Source: an uncultured Chloroflexia bacterium (GTDB lineage: Bacteria > Chloroflexota > Limnocylindria > Limnocylindrales > CSP1-4). Taken from it: 64,000 nucleotides of DNA. Under the pieces are notes generated by a model, which searched no databases, was not told the DNA's origin, and saw only the letters and a program-made list of their open reading frames with translations. The stretch lies in NCBI GenBank assembly GCA_963699965.1, contig CAVOVX010000007.1, forward strand, positions 544,549 to 608,548, read 5' to 3'. A program made the translations under genes and the position numbers. Numbering within the stretch: the stretch's first letter is position 1; every line of letters begins with the position of its first letter. This document shows positions 22,270 through 32,161 of this stretch, in pieces.

Positions 22270-22991
22270 CGGTCGGTCACGAGATCGCCGAGCTGGCCGG
22301 TGACAAGCGGAAGGGCCACGCGCAGCCGGGTGCCCTGACCCTTCGCGGACAGGATGTCCATCGAGCCGCCGGCGAGCTCAACCCGCTCGGCGATCCCCTG
22401 CAGCCCCTGACTTCGGCCGTGGCGGGATGCTCGGCGTGCCGCTGGCACATCGAACCCGACACCATCATCGGCGACGGTCATCACCAGGCGATCCCCTTCC
22501 ACTCCAAGCTCGAGTCGGATATGACGCGCCCGCGCGTGGCGGGCGATGTTCGTGAGTGCTTCCTGGACGATCCGGAAGCAGGTGGTCTCGAGGTCGGGGT
22601 CCAACCGGGGCGGGCCGATCTCGGCGAGGAGCGAAACCGTGCAGCCGGATCGCCTGGCCTCGCGGTTCAGGTACCAGCGGATGGCCGGGACGATGCCCAG
22701 ATCGTCGAGGACCGACGGTCGCAGGTCGAGGGCGAGCGTGCGTACGTCCTGGATCGCCTGCTCGACGATCCCGACGCCTTCGCGAATGTAGACGCGGGCG
22801 CTCGGCTCATCAGTCCGGCGCTCCGCCGCTTCGAGACTGAGCTTGACCGCGGTCAGCGCCTGGCCGACGACGTCATGCAGGTCTCGGGCGATCCTCCGCC
22901 GCTCGTCCTCCTGGGCGCGGATCAGCGCCGATGTGGTGATCCCCGCGGGACCTTGAGCTGTCGGTGCGGCGATCGCCACGTGGTCCCCCAT
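22266..22991 (-). CDS. sensor histidine kinase (HisKA_3 + HATPase_c), soluble
   Basis: 'QEDERRRIARDLHDVVGQALTA' H-box and GHKL ATPase motifs. Stop overlaps the RR start. I shortened the ORF-track ORF (to 23576) because its N-terminal 185 aa is antisense to the plus-strand kinase and is Arg/Asp-rich. Confidence 0.7.
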   Translation of the reverse strand: MGDHVAIAAPTAQGPAGITTSALIRAQEDERRRIARDLHDVVGQALTAVKLSLEAAERRTDEPSARVYIREGVGIVEQAIQDVRTLALDLRPSVLDDLGIVPAIRWYLNREARRSGCTVSLLAEIGPPRLDPDLETTCFRIVQEALTNIARHARARHIRLELGVEGDRLVMTVADDGVGFDVPAARRASRHGRSQGLQGIAERVELAGGSMDILSAKGQGTRLRVALPLVTGQLGDLVTDR

Positions 22992-23111
22992 CAACCCGCA
23001 ATCGGGATGGTTCCGGAGTGCACCGGAACGTTCGTAGGATGAACGTCCTGAGCATTGCACCGCCATAGGGGCCATTCCATACTCACGCCCCACCAATCGG
23101 AGTGAGCGGAA

Positions 23112-24215
23112 GTGACCATCGGCAGTGCAATCCAGGGAGTAGCCCGGCCGTCCGGCTGGAAAGCCTGGTTCCTCGACAATCCGCGCCGCCCGCAGCTTGC
23201 TCTCGACGGCACAGGTGTCGTTCTTGCCGTTGCCAGCTTCGCCCAGATCGCCGATCCAGACGTCCTCCTGCACTGCATCTGGGTGGTCCTGGCGATCGAG
23301 GCCTTCCTGTACGGCTTCCGGTTCACGATCGTCCGGATCGTGCTGGCCACCTTCCTGGTTCTGTCCTACGCCACGATCGCCGACCGGATCCCGAACTTCA
23401 TCGAGCTCGAGCTGACCGAGTGGCCCCTCATGACGATGATCGCGGTGGTCGTCGCGATCATGGCCGATCAGCTGGCGTCGACCAGCCGACGGTACGCCAA
23501 CCTCTATCGCGAGGCGAGCAACCGGCTCCTGACCGCGCAGGAGGACGAGCGCCTGCGGCTCGCCCGCGACCTCCACGACGGGGTCGGACAGACGCTTACC
23601 GCGCTGACGTTCACCCTCGATGCGGCCGAGGCGATGCTGTGGGCTGGCGAGCAGGCACCGTCGAGTCTCACCAGATCGTCGGTCGTGCGAGCCCAGGAGC
23701 TCGCGGCGATCGCCCTCGACGAGACCCGTGACGTCGCGTTCCGGCTGCGCCCGGGCCGCTTTGCCGAGACCGGCCTCGCCGCCGGGATCCAGGAGCTCGC
23801 CGCGACGGTGGGCACGATCGATCTAAGGATCGAGCCGGGTCTCATCCGGCCCCATCTGCTCGACGTGGGCGCCGAGATGGAGGTCTATCGGATCGTACAG
23901 GAAGCACTGGGCAACGCGATCCGCTACGCCGGTGCGACGCATATCTGGGTCGGGCTGTCCACAGGCACCCGGTCGCTGCTCGTCACCGTTGGTGATGACG
24001 GGGTCGGGTTCGACCCGGGCCTCGTCACCGAACGGGGCCTGGGCCTCGCCGGGATGCGGGAACGGGCGCTGCTCCTCGACGCCGAACTGACCGTCCAATC
24101 GGCCCCTGGCCGAGGCACGATCGTGACCCTTGCCGTTCCTCTCGGTGAGCCCAGCTCGCAGGCCCAATCGGCGGGCGTCAGCCCGGTGACCGTGGAGGCC
24201 GCGATCGCGTCATGA
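23112..24215 (+). CDS. membrane sensor histidine kinase (4 TM + HisKA_3 + HATPase_c)
   Basis: N-terminal TM helices. 'QEDERLRLARDLHDGVGQTLTAL'. C-terminal ATPase G-boxes. ATGA overlap with the downstream RR. Confidence 0.85.
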   Translation: MTIGSAIQGVARPSGWKAWFLDNPRRPQLALDGTGVVLAVASFAQIADPDVLLHCIWVVLAIEAFLYGFRFTIVRIVLATFLVLSYATIADRIPNFIELELTEWPLMTMIAVVVAIMADQLASTSRRYANLYREASNRLLTAQEDERLRLARDLHDGVGQTLTALTFTLDAAEAMLWAGEQAPSSLTRSSVVRAQELAAIALDETRDVAFRLRPGRFAETGLAAGIQELAATVGTIDLRIEPGLIRPHLLDVGAEMEVYRIVQEALGNAIRYAGATHIWVGLSTGTRSLLVTVGDDGVGFDPGLVTERGLGLAGMRERALLLDAELTVQSAPGRGTIVTLAVPLGEPSSQAQSAGVSPVTVEAAIAS

Positions 24216-24919
24216 TCCCCAGCGTCCCGGCGTCCCCCGCGATCGACCGCATCGTGTCCGATCCGTCCCGAACTCCCGAGGCTCCCATTCGGGTCGGGCT
24301 CGTCGAAGATCATCATCTCGTCCGTGAGGGGCTCCGACTCGTCCTGGCCTCGCACGGGATCGAAGTCGCCGGCGAGGCGACGGGGATCGCCGATGCGTTC
24401 GAGTTGATCGAGCGGATCAGGCCGGACGTCCTCCTCGTGGACCTCAGCCTGGCCGATGGCGACGGTGTCGTCCTCCTCCACGACATCCGGGCCCGCGCCC
24501 CTGACCAGCGGGTCGTCGTCCTGACCATGCACCAGGATGCCGAGACGGTCCGCCAGGCGCTGCTCGCTGGGGCCGCCGGCTATGTCGTCAAGGGCGTCCA
24601 CTCGGACGACCTGGTCGACGCCATCCGAGCCGTCCGTCGCGGAGAGCGCTACCTTCACAGCAGCGTCACGTCAGCGGTCGTCGATGACTCCCTGCGTTGG
24701 CTGCAGTCGGGCAGCCAGCTCACCCTTCGCGAGCGCGAGATCCTCGGACTCCTCGCGTCGGGCCTGACCGGGCCGGCAATCGGCAAGCGACTCGGGATCA
24801 GCACCCACACGGTCCGGCGACACGTCGCGAACCTGACAGCGAAGCTGGGCCTGCGCGGGATCCCGGCGCTCGTTCGGTACGCGATTCGGGAAGGCCTCGT
24901 TCGCGAGGACGCCGTCTAG
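24212..24919 (+). CDS. two-component response regulator, NarL/LuxR family
   Basis: REC domain plus 'LTLREREILGLLASGLTGPAIGKRLGISTHTVRRHVANL' HTH. Confidence 0.85.
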   Translation: MIPSVPASPAIDRIVSDPSRTPEAPIRVGLVEDHHLVREGLRLVLASHGIEVAGEATGIADAFELIERIRPDVLLVDLSLADGDGVVLLHDIRARAPDQRVVVLTMHQDAETVRQALLAGAAGYVVKGVHSDDLVDAIRAVRRGERYLHSSVTSAVVDDSLRWLQSGSQLTLREREILGLLASGLTGPAIGKRLGISTHTVRRHVANLTAKLGLRGIPALVRYAIREGLVREDAV

Positions 24920-25138
24920 CGACGGGTCGCCCTCGCGGTCCGGGTAACGCTAGAGGTGGATGCTCGCAATCACGTCGAGCAGCGGACCCAGGACGAGCGC
25001 CGCGATCACGAGGACGGTGACCACGATCGCCAGCGGTCTCGAGGCCTTCACGGCACGATCATACGGCGAGGCGGCCCGCGGGACCGCCGTCCAGCCGTCG
25101 GGGACGCCGGCGTAAGGTGAGCTGGTGAGGGACCGACG

Positions 25139-26676
25139 ATGAGCGCGGATGGCGTCCGCCGGCGAGGCCGCCGCGCCCACGATGGCTTGCCCCAGCTGCC
25201 GTGGCGCTCGGTCGTCAACCCGTTCAGGCCGGTCGAGATCCTGAGCGCGGACCAGGTCGAGTCGATCCACCTGGCCTCGCTCCGGATCCTCGCGCGAGAT
25301 CGGCGTCGAGGTCCTCGGCGACCGGGCGATCGACGTCCTCGGCCGGCGCCGGGCGCGACGATCGACCGGGGACGGCGCAACGTCCGGCTCGACGCTGGGC
25401 TCGTGGAGGAGCTCGACGCGCCCCGCGCCGGCCGAGTTCACCCTCCATGCCCGGAACCCGGCCCGCGACGTCGCGCTCGGCGGCGAACCGGCTCGTGTTC
25501 TGTGCGGTCGGCGGGCCGGCCTTCGTGACCGACCTCGACCGCGGCCGGCGGCCGGGCAACTTCGCCGACTTCGGTCGACTACGTCCGGGTCATCGGCGGC
25601 CTGAACATCCTCCACCAGGAGGGCGGCGGCCCGCTCGAGCCGACCGACCTGCCGGTCGAGACCCGCCACCTCGACATGTACCGCGTCCTGGCCGACCTCC
25701 TCGACAAGACGTGGCACTGCCTGGGCTTCGGCGCGGACCGTCGTCGACGACGCGATCGAGGTCGCGTGCCTCGCGCGCGGGGTCGATCGCGACGAGCTGG
25801 CCCGTCGAGCCGAGCCTCATCACGATCATCAACACGAACTCGCCGCTCCGACTCGACGGGCCGATGTCGCGACGGGCTGATCGAGATGGCGACCCACGGC
25901 CAGGCGGTCGTCGCGACGCCGTTCACGCTGGCCGGGGCGATGAGCCCGTCGTCGCTGGCCGGGGCGATCGCCCAGCAGAACGCGGAGGCGCTGTTCGTCG
26001 TCGCCCTGGCCCAGGCCGTCCGGCCCGGGGCGCCGGTCGTCTACGGCGGGTTCACCTCGAACGTCGACATGCGCACCGGCTCGCCGGCGTTCGGGACGCC
26101 GGAGTACGTCAAGGCCGCGCTTCGCCACCGGCCAGCTCGCCCGCCGCTACCGGCTGCCGTGGCGATCGTCGAACGTGACGGCGTCGATCGTCGTCGACGC
26201 CCAGGCGGCCTACGAGTCCGAGATGGCCGTGTGGGGCGCGGTGATGGGCGGGGTGAACCTGCTCTACCAGGGCGCGGGCTGGCTCGAGGGCGGCCTGACC
26301 GCCTCGTTCGAGAAGCTCATCGTCGATGCAGAGATCCTCCAGATGATGGCCGAGGTCCTCGTGCCCTTCCCGGTCGACGAGGCGAGCCTCGGCGTCGACG
26401 CGATCGCCGAGGTCGGCCCGGGTGGCCACTTCTTCGGCTCGGCCCACACGCTCGAGCGGTACGAGACGGCGTTCTACCAGCCGCTCGTGTCGGACTGGCG
26501 CAACTTCGAGACATGGCACGAGGACGGCGCCCGGACCGCCACCGAGCGGGCGAACCGGATCTGGAAGCAGCTCCTGGCCGAGTACGTCGAACCGCCGCCA
26601 TCGACCCGGCCGTGGCGAGGCGCTCGACGCGTTCGTCGCCCGGCGCAAGCGGGAGATCGCCGCCGGCCCCCGATGA
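25139..26676 (+). pseudogene. MttB-superfamily (trimethylamine / glycine-betaine-type) methyltransferase, at least 6 frameshifts
   Basis: Segments in three frames match MttB family landmarks: 'PFRPVEILSADQVESIHLASLRIL', 'SLITIINTNSPLRLDGPM', 'ATPFTLAGAMSPSSLAGAIAQQNAEALFVVALAQ', 'GQLARRYRLPWRSSNVTASIVVDAQAAYESEMAVWGA…GWLEGGLTASFEKLIVDAE', 'VGPGGHFFGSAHTLERYE…DWRNFETW', C-terminus 'EALDAFVARRKREIAAGPR*'. One shift is explained by a single extra C in 'cgccacc'. Confidence 0.65.
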
Positions 26677-26692
26677 GCGGGGGAGGCGGTGC

Positions 26693-27460
26693 TCAGGCTG
26701 GTCCCGCCGGAGATGTGCGGAGCGCACGAACCGTCGCAACGCCCATGACCAGCACCGCGAGGTAGAACGCCAGCTCGGGGATCTCGCCGAGCTCGGTGAT
26801 CCGCTGGCCGGCATCGATCAGGAAGATGTAGCGCAGGGTCCGGTAGGCGAACGGCAGGAAGAACAGGGCGACGAGGCAGAGCGGCGGGACGAGCATCGGG
26901 TCGAGCCAGCGACCGATGCGGCTGCGGACGGACGGTGACAGCCAGAGGATCGGGATGAGCAGCCCGTAAAGCCCGGCCAGAAGCTCGCCGACGTTGAACG
27001 CGTGCTGGATCATCGAGATGTTGTGGATGTTCGACTCGCCCTGGTGGTTGATCGGCTCGAGCTCCTCCGGCGTGGCGAAGCCCAGCACCCGCTGGCCCCA
27101 CGAGATCTCCTCGCCGGCCGTCACGAACGACCCGATCGCTACGACCAGGTAGATCGCGGCCAGTCCCCGGCGACCCGATCGCCAGGCGCGGATCGCCGCC
27201 ACGAAGAAGGCGATCGACGCGGCGAAGATCACGAAGAACTGGATCCATTCGACGCCATGATCCTCATCGACGAGCGAGTGGAACACCGGCATGCTGACGA
27301 CGCCGAGGACCATGAAGAACGCCATGACGGGAAGCGGCGCGATGAGCAGGAGCCAGGCCAGCCACCTGATGATGTGCCAGTGGGCCGAGTCCAGGTCGAC
27401 GGCCCGAATGGCGCCGTGGACGGGCGACTGGGCCTGGGTCACGCGCATCTCCTCGTGCAT
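26693..27460 (-). CDS. hypothetical integral membrane protein (about 6 TM helices)
   Basis: Hydrophobic helices throughout. Start placed at MHEEMRV (27460), not at the ORF-track M at 27610. Confidence 0.4.
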   Translation of the reverse strand: MHEEMRVTQAQSPVHGAIRAVDLDSAHWHIIRWLAWLLLIAPLPVMAFFMVLGVVSMPVFHSLVDEDHGVEWIQFFVIFAASIAFFVAAIRAWRSGRRGLAAIYLVVAIGSFVTAGEEISWGQRVLGFATPEELEPINHQGESNIHNISMIQHAFNVGELLAGLYGLLIPILWLSPSVRSRIGRWLDPMLVPPLCLVALFFLPFAYRTLRYIFLIDAGQRITELGEIPELAFYLAVLVMGVATVRALRTSPAGPA

Positions 27461-27603
27461 GACGCGAAAGTTGGAGTCTGGGCATGAACGATAGTCCCTG
27501 TCACGGGCGGAACGGGGCTTCGGCGCACTGCAGTCGGGTTCGGTGGTGACGTGGTACAACGAACGAACGGCGGCGATCGGCAACAGGAGCGGAGGGCGAC
27601 GCG

Positions 27604-28025
27604 ATGGCAACGGTCACAGCCAAGGGTTCGGGCACCAGGGACGATCCATGGCAGCTCAAGACCCCGCCCGGGACCTCCGACTACCAGATGTACCGCGATC
27701 CGACGGCGGATCCGCCGGCCCTCGTGTGCACCGTCGGTACGACGCGCGCTGCGCTACCAGCTCCGGGCGCCTCGACGACCTCCACGCGATGCTCAAGGCG
27801 CACGGCGACTGGGTGCCCCTGGGCAGCGCCGACGAGCAGAAGCCGGCCGCCGAGGGCACGGTCGAGGCCTGGGGCCGCTCGGCGGACAACCCGGTCGGCG
27901 GCTGGTACGGCCTGAGGAAGGGCTATCGCGGCCGGTTCGGGATGTACATTCCGCCGCTGATGGAGGCGCTCGGGCTGGCCGAGCTCGAGCACAACCCGAA
28001 GAACAACCGGATGCGCGCGATCTGA
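27604..28025 (+). CDS. small conserved-looking hypothetical protein (frameshift near 27745)
   Basis: 'MATVTAKGSGTRDDPWQLKTPPGTSDYQMYRD…' continues in a second frame as '…LDDLHAMLKAHGDWVPLGSADEQKPAAEGTVEAWGRSADNPVGGWYGLRKGYRGRFGMYIPPLMEALGLAELEHNPKNNRMRAI*'. Confidence 0.4.
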
Positions 28026-28235
28026 CCGGTTCGGGTCGAACGGACCGGCGGCGGGGCCGATCGCACCTTCCGGCGCTCACTGCGGCCGGCATCATTCGGA
28101 CCGGATGATGACGATCGCGGCCGGGTAGGGTTCGATTGAGCTCGATTGATCATCTGACGACGCAGCCGCCAGGGACTGATTCCGCACGCTGCTGCGGAGA
28201 TCCGGTCGCCAGAGCCCGTGAGGAGGGAGCCGACC

Positions 28236-29215
28236 ATGGCCGACATCGGACCGAAGCGGATTGCCGAGTTCATCGAGCCGTTCCGGGTCGAGCCCGGTCG
28301 GCGGGTCCGTCTGCCCCATGACTTCGATCCGGCCGGGACCCGGAAGGTCAAGGTCGCCGAGGCCAAGCGGATCCTGGCCCAGGGGTCGGCCTGCTGGCCG
28401 AGCTCCAGATGCGGTTGGCCGCCCAGGACACCTACGGCGTGGTCGTCGTGCTCCAGGCGATGGATGCCGCCGGCAAGGACGGGACGATCCGCCACGTCAT
28501 GAGCGGGGTCAATCCCCAGGGGGTCGAGGTCCACAGCTTCAAGGTCCCCTCGGCGACCGACCTCGACCACGACTACCTGTGGCGCTATGCCCGCCGGCTG
28601 CCTGAGCGCGGACACATCGGCATCTTCAACCGCTCGTATTACGAAGAGGTCCTCGTCGTCCGGGTCCATCCCCAGATCCTTGACCGCCAGAAGCTGCCCG
28701 CCCACTCCAAGCGGCGCGGCATCTGGGAGCGCCGGTTCCGCGAGATCAACGACTGGGAGCACTACCTGACCGACCAGGGCTTCCGCATCGTCAAGCTGTT
28801 CCTCAACCTCTCGAAGGAGGAGCAGCGGCGCCGGTTCCTGTCCCGGATCGACGAACCCGAGAAGAACTGGAAGTTCAGCGGCAACGATGCCAAGGAGCGG
28901 GCCTTCTGGGACGACTATCAGAAGGCGTTCAGCGACGTCCTGTCGAAGACGAGCACCGCGTGGGCGCCCTGGTACGTGATTCCGGCCGACGACAAGCCGT
29001 TCGCCCGGGTCGCCGCCGCGGGCGTGCTGGCCAACGCGCTGATCGACATCGACCCGCGCTTTCCGCGCGTCAGCAGCGAGGCCCGTCAGGCGCTCCAGCT
29101 TGCCAAGAACGATCTCGAGCAGCAGGCGCCCAAGGGAGCTGACCCGGATCCGATCGAGGTCGAGCTTGCCGCCAAGGCTTCCAAGAAGGACCGGAAGTCC
29201 AAGAAGCACAAGTAG
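28236..29215 (+). CDS. ppk2: polyphosphate kinase 2 (PPK2) family phosphotransferase, frameshift near 28380
   Basis: Walker A 'VVVLQAMDAAGKDGTI'. 'IGIFNRSYYEEVLVVRVHP'. Lid region 'WAPWYVIPADDK'. N-terminal 50 aa in a different frame (MADIGPKRIAEFIEPFRV…). Confidence 0.8.
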
Positions 29216-29288
29216 TGGCAGTGCGCTCGCGTCCAGGCGGATGCCCATCCGGTGCGGCTTCGCGCCAACCAACTAAGGGAGTGACGAG

Positions 29289-32062
29289 ATGACGGCAGCA
29301 GCGGGGTCGGTGACATCGTCGGGCGACGCTCAGGAGCCGGGACCGCCTGGCATGCCCTGAGCGTCGACGACGCGCTCAAGGCGCAGTCCGTCACGGTCGA
29401 CCAGGGCCTCACGACGGCCGAGGCCGATGCTCGTCGCGCGAAGTACGGGAGGAACAGATTTGACGAGGCGAAGAAGGCGTCGCGCCTGCAGACGTTCACG
29501 CGCCAGTACGCGGACCCGATGCAGATCGTGCTGCTCATCGCGGGCATCGTCTGTCTCTTCCTGCCCGGCCAGTTCTACACCGGCGTCTTCCTGATCCTGC
29601 TCACGGTGTTCAACGCCTGGATGGCCATGAACCAGGAAGGCAAGGCGGAGGCGAGCGCCTCGGCCCTCCAGAAGATGATGGTCGTCAAGGCGAAGGTCCG
29701 CCGCGGAGGCGAGCTCGTCGAGATCCCGATGGACCAGCTCGTCCCCGGCGACATCGTGAACATCGAGGCCGGCGACCTCGTCCCGGCCGACGCCCGCATC
29801 CTGACGGCCGCGACGCTCGAGATCGACGAATCCGCGCTTACCGGCGAGAGCGTCCCCACCCCCAAGCAGGTCGACGCCGTGGCTGCCGACGCCGCCCTCG
29901 GCGATCGGGTGGACATGGCCTTCATGAACTGCCAGGTCACTCGTGGGGCCGGCACCATCCTTGTCGTGACGACGGGGATGGCGACCGAGGTCGGTCATAT
30001 CAGCGGCATGCTCCAGGCCACCGGGATCGAGAAGACTCCGCTCACGAAGCAGCTGGACGCCCTGACGAACCAGATCCTGGTCATCGCCGGCGTCGCGCTC
30101 GTGATCTCGATCGGGCTCGGACTGTACCGCGGCGTCCAGCTCCAGGAGCTGTTCCTCAGCGCGGTCGCGTTCGCGGTGGCGGCGATCCCGACGGCGCTGC
30201 CGGCGGTCGTCACGGCCATCCTGTCGAAGGGCTCGCAGGCGCTGGCCGCGGCCGGGGCGATCATGAAGCGCCTGCGCTCGGTCGAGACGCTCGGCTCGAC
30301 GTCCGCGCTCAACTCCGACAAGACCGGCACGCTCACCCTCAACCAGATGACGGCCGTCCAGATGGCCATCGTCGGGCGGCGCTACACGATCTCCGGCGAC
30401 GGGTACTCCACGACCGGCCAGATCGCCCACACCGGTGGCCAGCCGGACGTCCCGCTCGAGCAGTACCTCCTGCCGATGGCGCTGTGCGCCGACGCCGAGG
30501 TCCGCGACGGAGCACTCGTTGGCGATCCGACCGAAGGGGCACTGGTCGTCCTCGCCGCCAAGGGCGGGGTCGACCCGACGCTCACCCGCGAGCAGTACCC
30601 GCGGGTCGCGACCCTGCCCTTCGACGCGGCCTACAAGATGATGGCCACCTTCCACGCGATGAAGGACGCGAACGGCAAGGACGTCATCCGGGGCTACATC
30701 AAGGGAGCCCCGGATCAGCTTCTGGCCCGGGCGTCCAGCGCCCATGGGCCGGACGGCACCGAAGTCCCGATCGCGCAGCTGCGCGATGCCTACCTCGCGG
30801 AGAACGAGCGCCTCGGCGCGAAGGGTCTCCGGGTCATGGCGACGGGCCAGAAGGACTTCGACCCGGCCTCGTTCGACCCGAACGCGGACCTGCTCCGGCG
30901 CTCGACGGGCTCACGCTGCTGGCCATCGTCGGGATCGTCGACCCGCCACGGCCGGCGGCCAAGGCCGCCATCGCCGCAGGCGCACGCTGCCGGGATCCAG
31001 GTCCGGATGATCACCGGCGACCATGCGGTCACCGCCGAGGCGATCGCCCATCAGCTCGGGATCGAGGGCCGGGCGATCACCGGCGCCGACTTCCGGGCGA
31101 TGAGCGACGAGGAGGCGATCCGCCAGATCGATGGGATCGGGGTCATCGCCCGCGTGTCGCCCGAGGACAAGGTCCACCTCGTGGACATCCTGCGGAAGAA
31201 GGGCCACGTCGTCGGGATGACCGGCGACGGCGTGAACGACGCGCCGGCCCTCAAGAAGGCCGACATCGGCATCGCCATGGGGATCACCGGGACGGAGGTC
31301 TCCAAGCAGGCCGCCGTCATGATCCTGACCGACGACAACTACGCGACGATCGTCAAGGCGGTCGGCCTCGGCCGCGCCGTGTACGACAACATGCTGCGGT
31401 TCATCCGGTTCCAGATGGCGGGCCTGTTCGGGTATATCGCCACGTTCCTCGGATCGGCGCTGCTCAACATCGTCGGCGGGATCCCGTTCCTCCCGCTCCA
31501 GACCCTGTGGCTCAACTTCACCGTGAACGTCTTCCAGGGTCTCGGGCTCGGCTACGGACAGCCGCGCGAGGGCCTCATGGAGGTGCCGCCGCGCCCGAAG
31601 GCCCAGAAGATCATGCCGCGCCGGCTGCTGACGTGGCTCGTCCTTTGCGGGCTGGTCATGGCCGCGGGCACGCTCGGCGTGCTCGGCTGGGCAAGCGGCC
31701 AGTATGGCGACGTGGTCGCCCGAACGATGGGCATGACCACCTTCGCGCTGTTCCGGCTGTTCTCGTCCCTCGAGACGGCCGACGTGGACGAGTCGCTGTT
31801 CGGTGGGTCCATCCTGGGGAACCGCCCGCTCCTGATCGCAACGGGCCTGTCAGTGCTCACGATCATCCTGGCGACCGAGCTCGGGTTCCTCCAGCGGATC
31901 CTCGGCACAGCGAGCCTGTCGCCCGACCAGTGGGCCATCTGCCTCGTCGTGTCGCTGGCGATCCTCGTGGTGGAGGAGGCCAGGAAGCTGCTGAGGATCT
32001 CGACGACCGAGGCTTCGGCGGTGACCGAGGTCGGGTCGCCGGCCGCCGCCGCAGCCGCCTGA
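29289..32062 (+). CDS. cation-transporting P-type ATPase (P2-type, Ca2+/Mg2+-like), at least 3 frameshifts
   Basis: TGES, DKTGTLT, MITGDH and GDGVNDAPAL motifs. Ten predicted TM helices. N-terminal 17 codons are in another frame. A compensating pair of frame changes lies between 30890 and 30990. Confidence 0.8.
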
Positions 32063-32161
32063 TGAACGCCGTCGGCCCTCTGCCGGGCCTACCGAGTCCC
32101 GGTCGAGCCGCTAGCCTTCGCCCATGAGCAACTGGATCGCGATCGCCACCGTCGTCTCGGC

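Noticed and set aside
22992-23576. N-terminal 185 codons of ORF 22266-23576 (minus strand) as part of the histidine kinase
   Set aside because: This segment is antisense to the plus-strand kinase's TM sensor and reads as non-protein-like sequence. The kinase core starts at the ATG at 22991.
24950-25050. 33-aa hydrophobic mini-ORF (…VKASRPLAIVVTVLVIAALVLGPLLDVIASIHL) convergent with the response regulator
   Set aside because: It is too short, has no RBS or start evidence, and lies at the tail of a larger junk ORF. It cannot be supported as a gene.
27923-29272. 449-aa minus-strand ORF
   Set aside because: It is antisense to the PPK2 gene, which has a clear Walker A. Its composition is Arg/Asp/Gly-rich, typical of a high-GC wrong-frame ORF, and it has no motifs.
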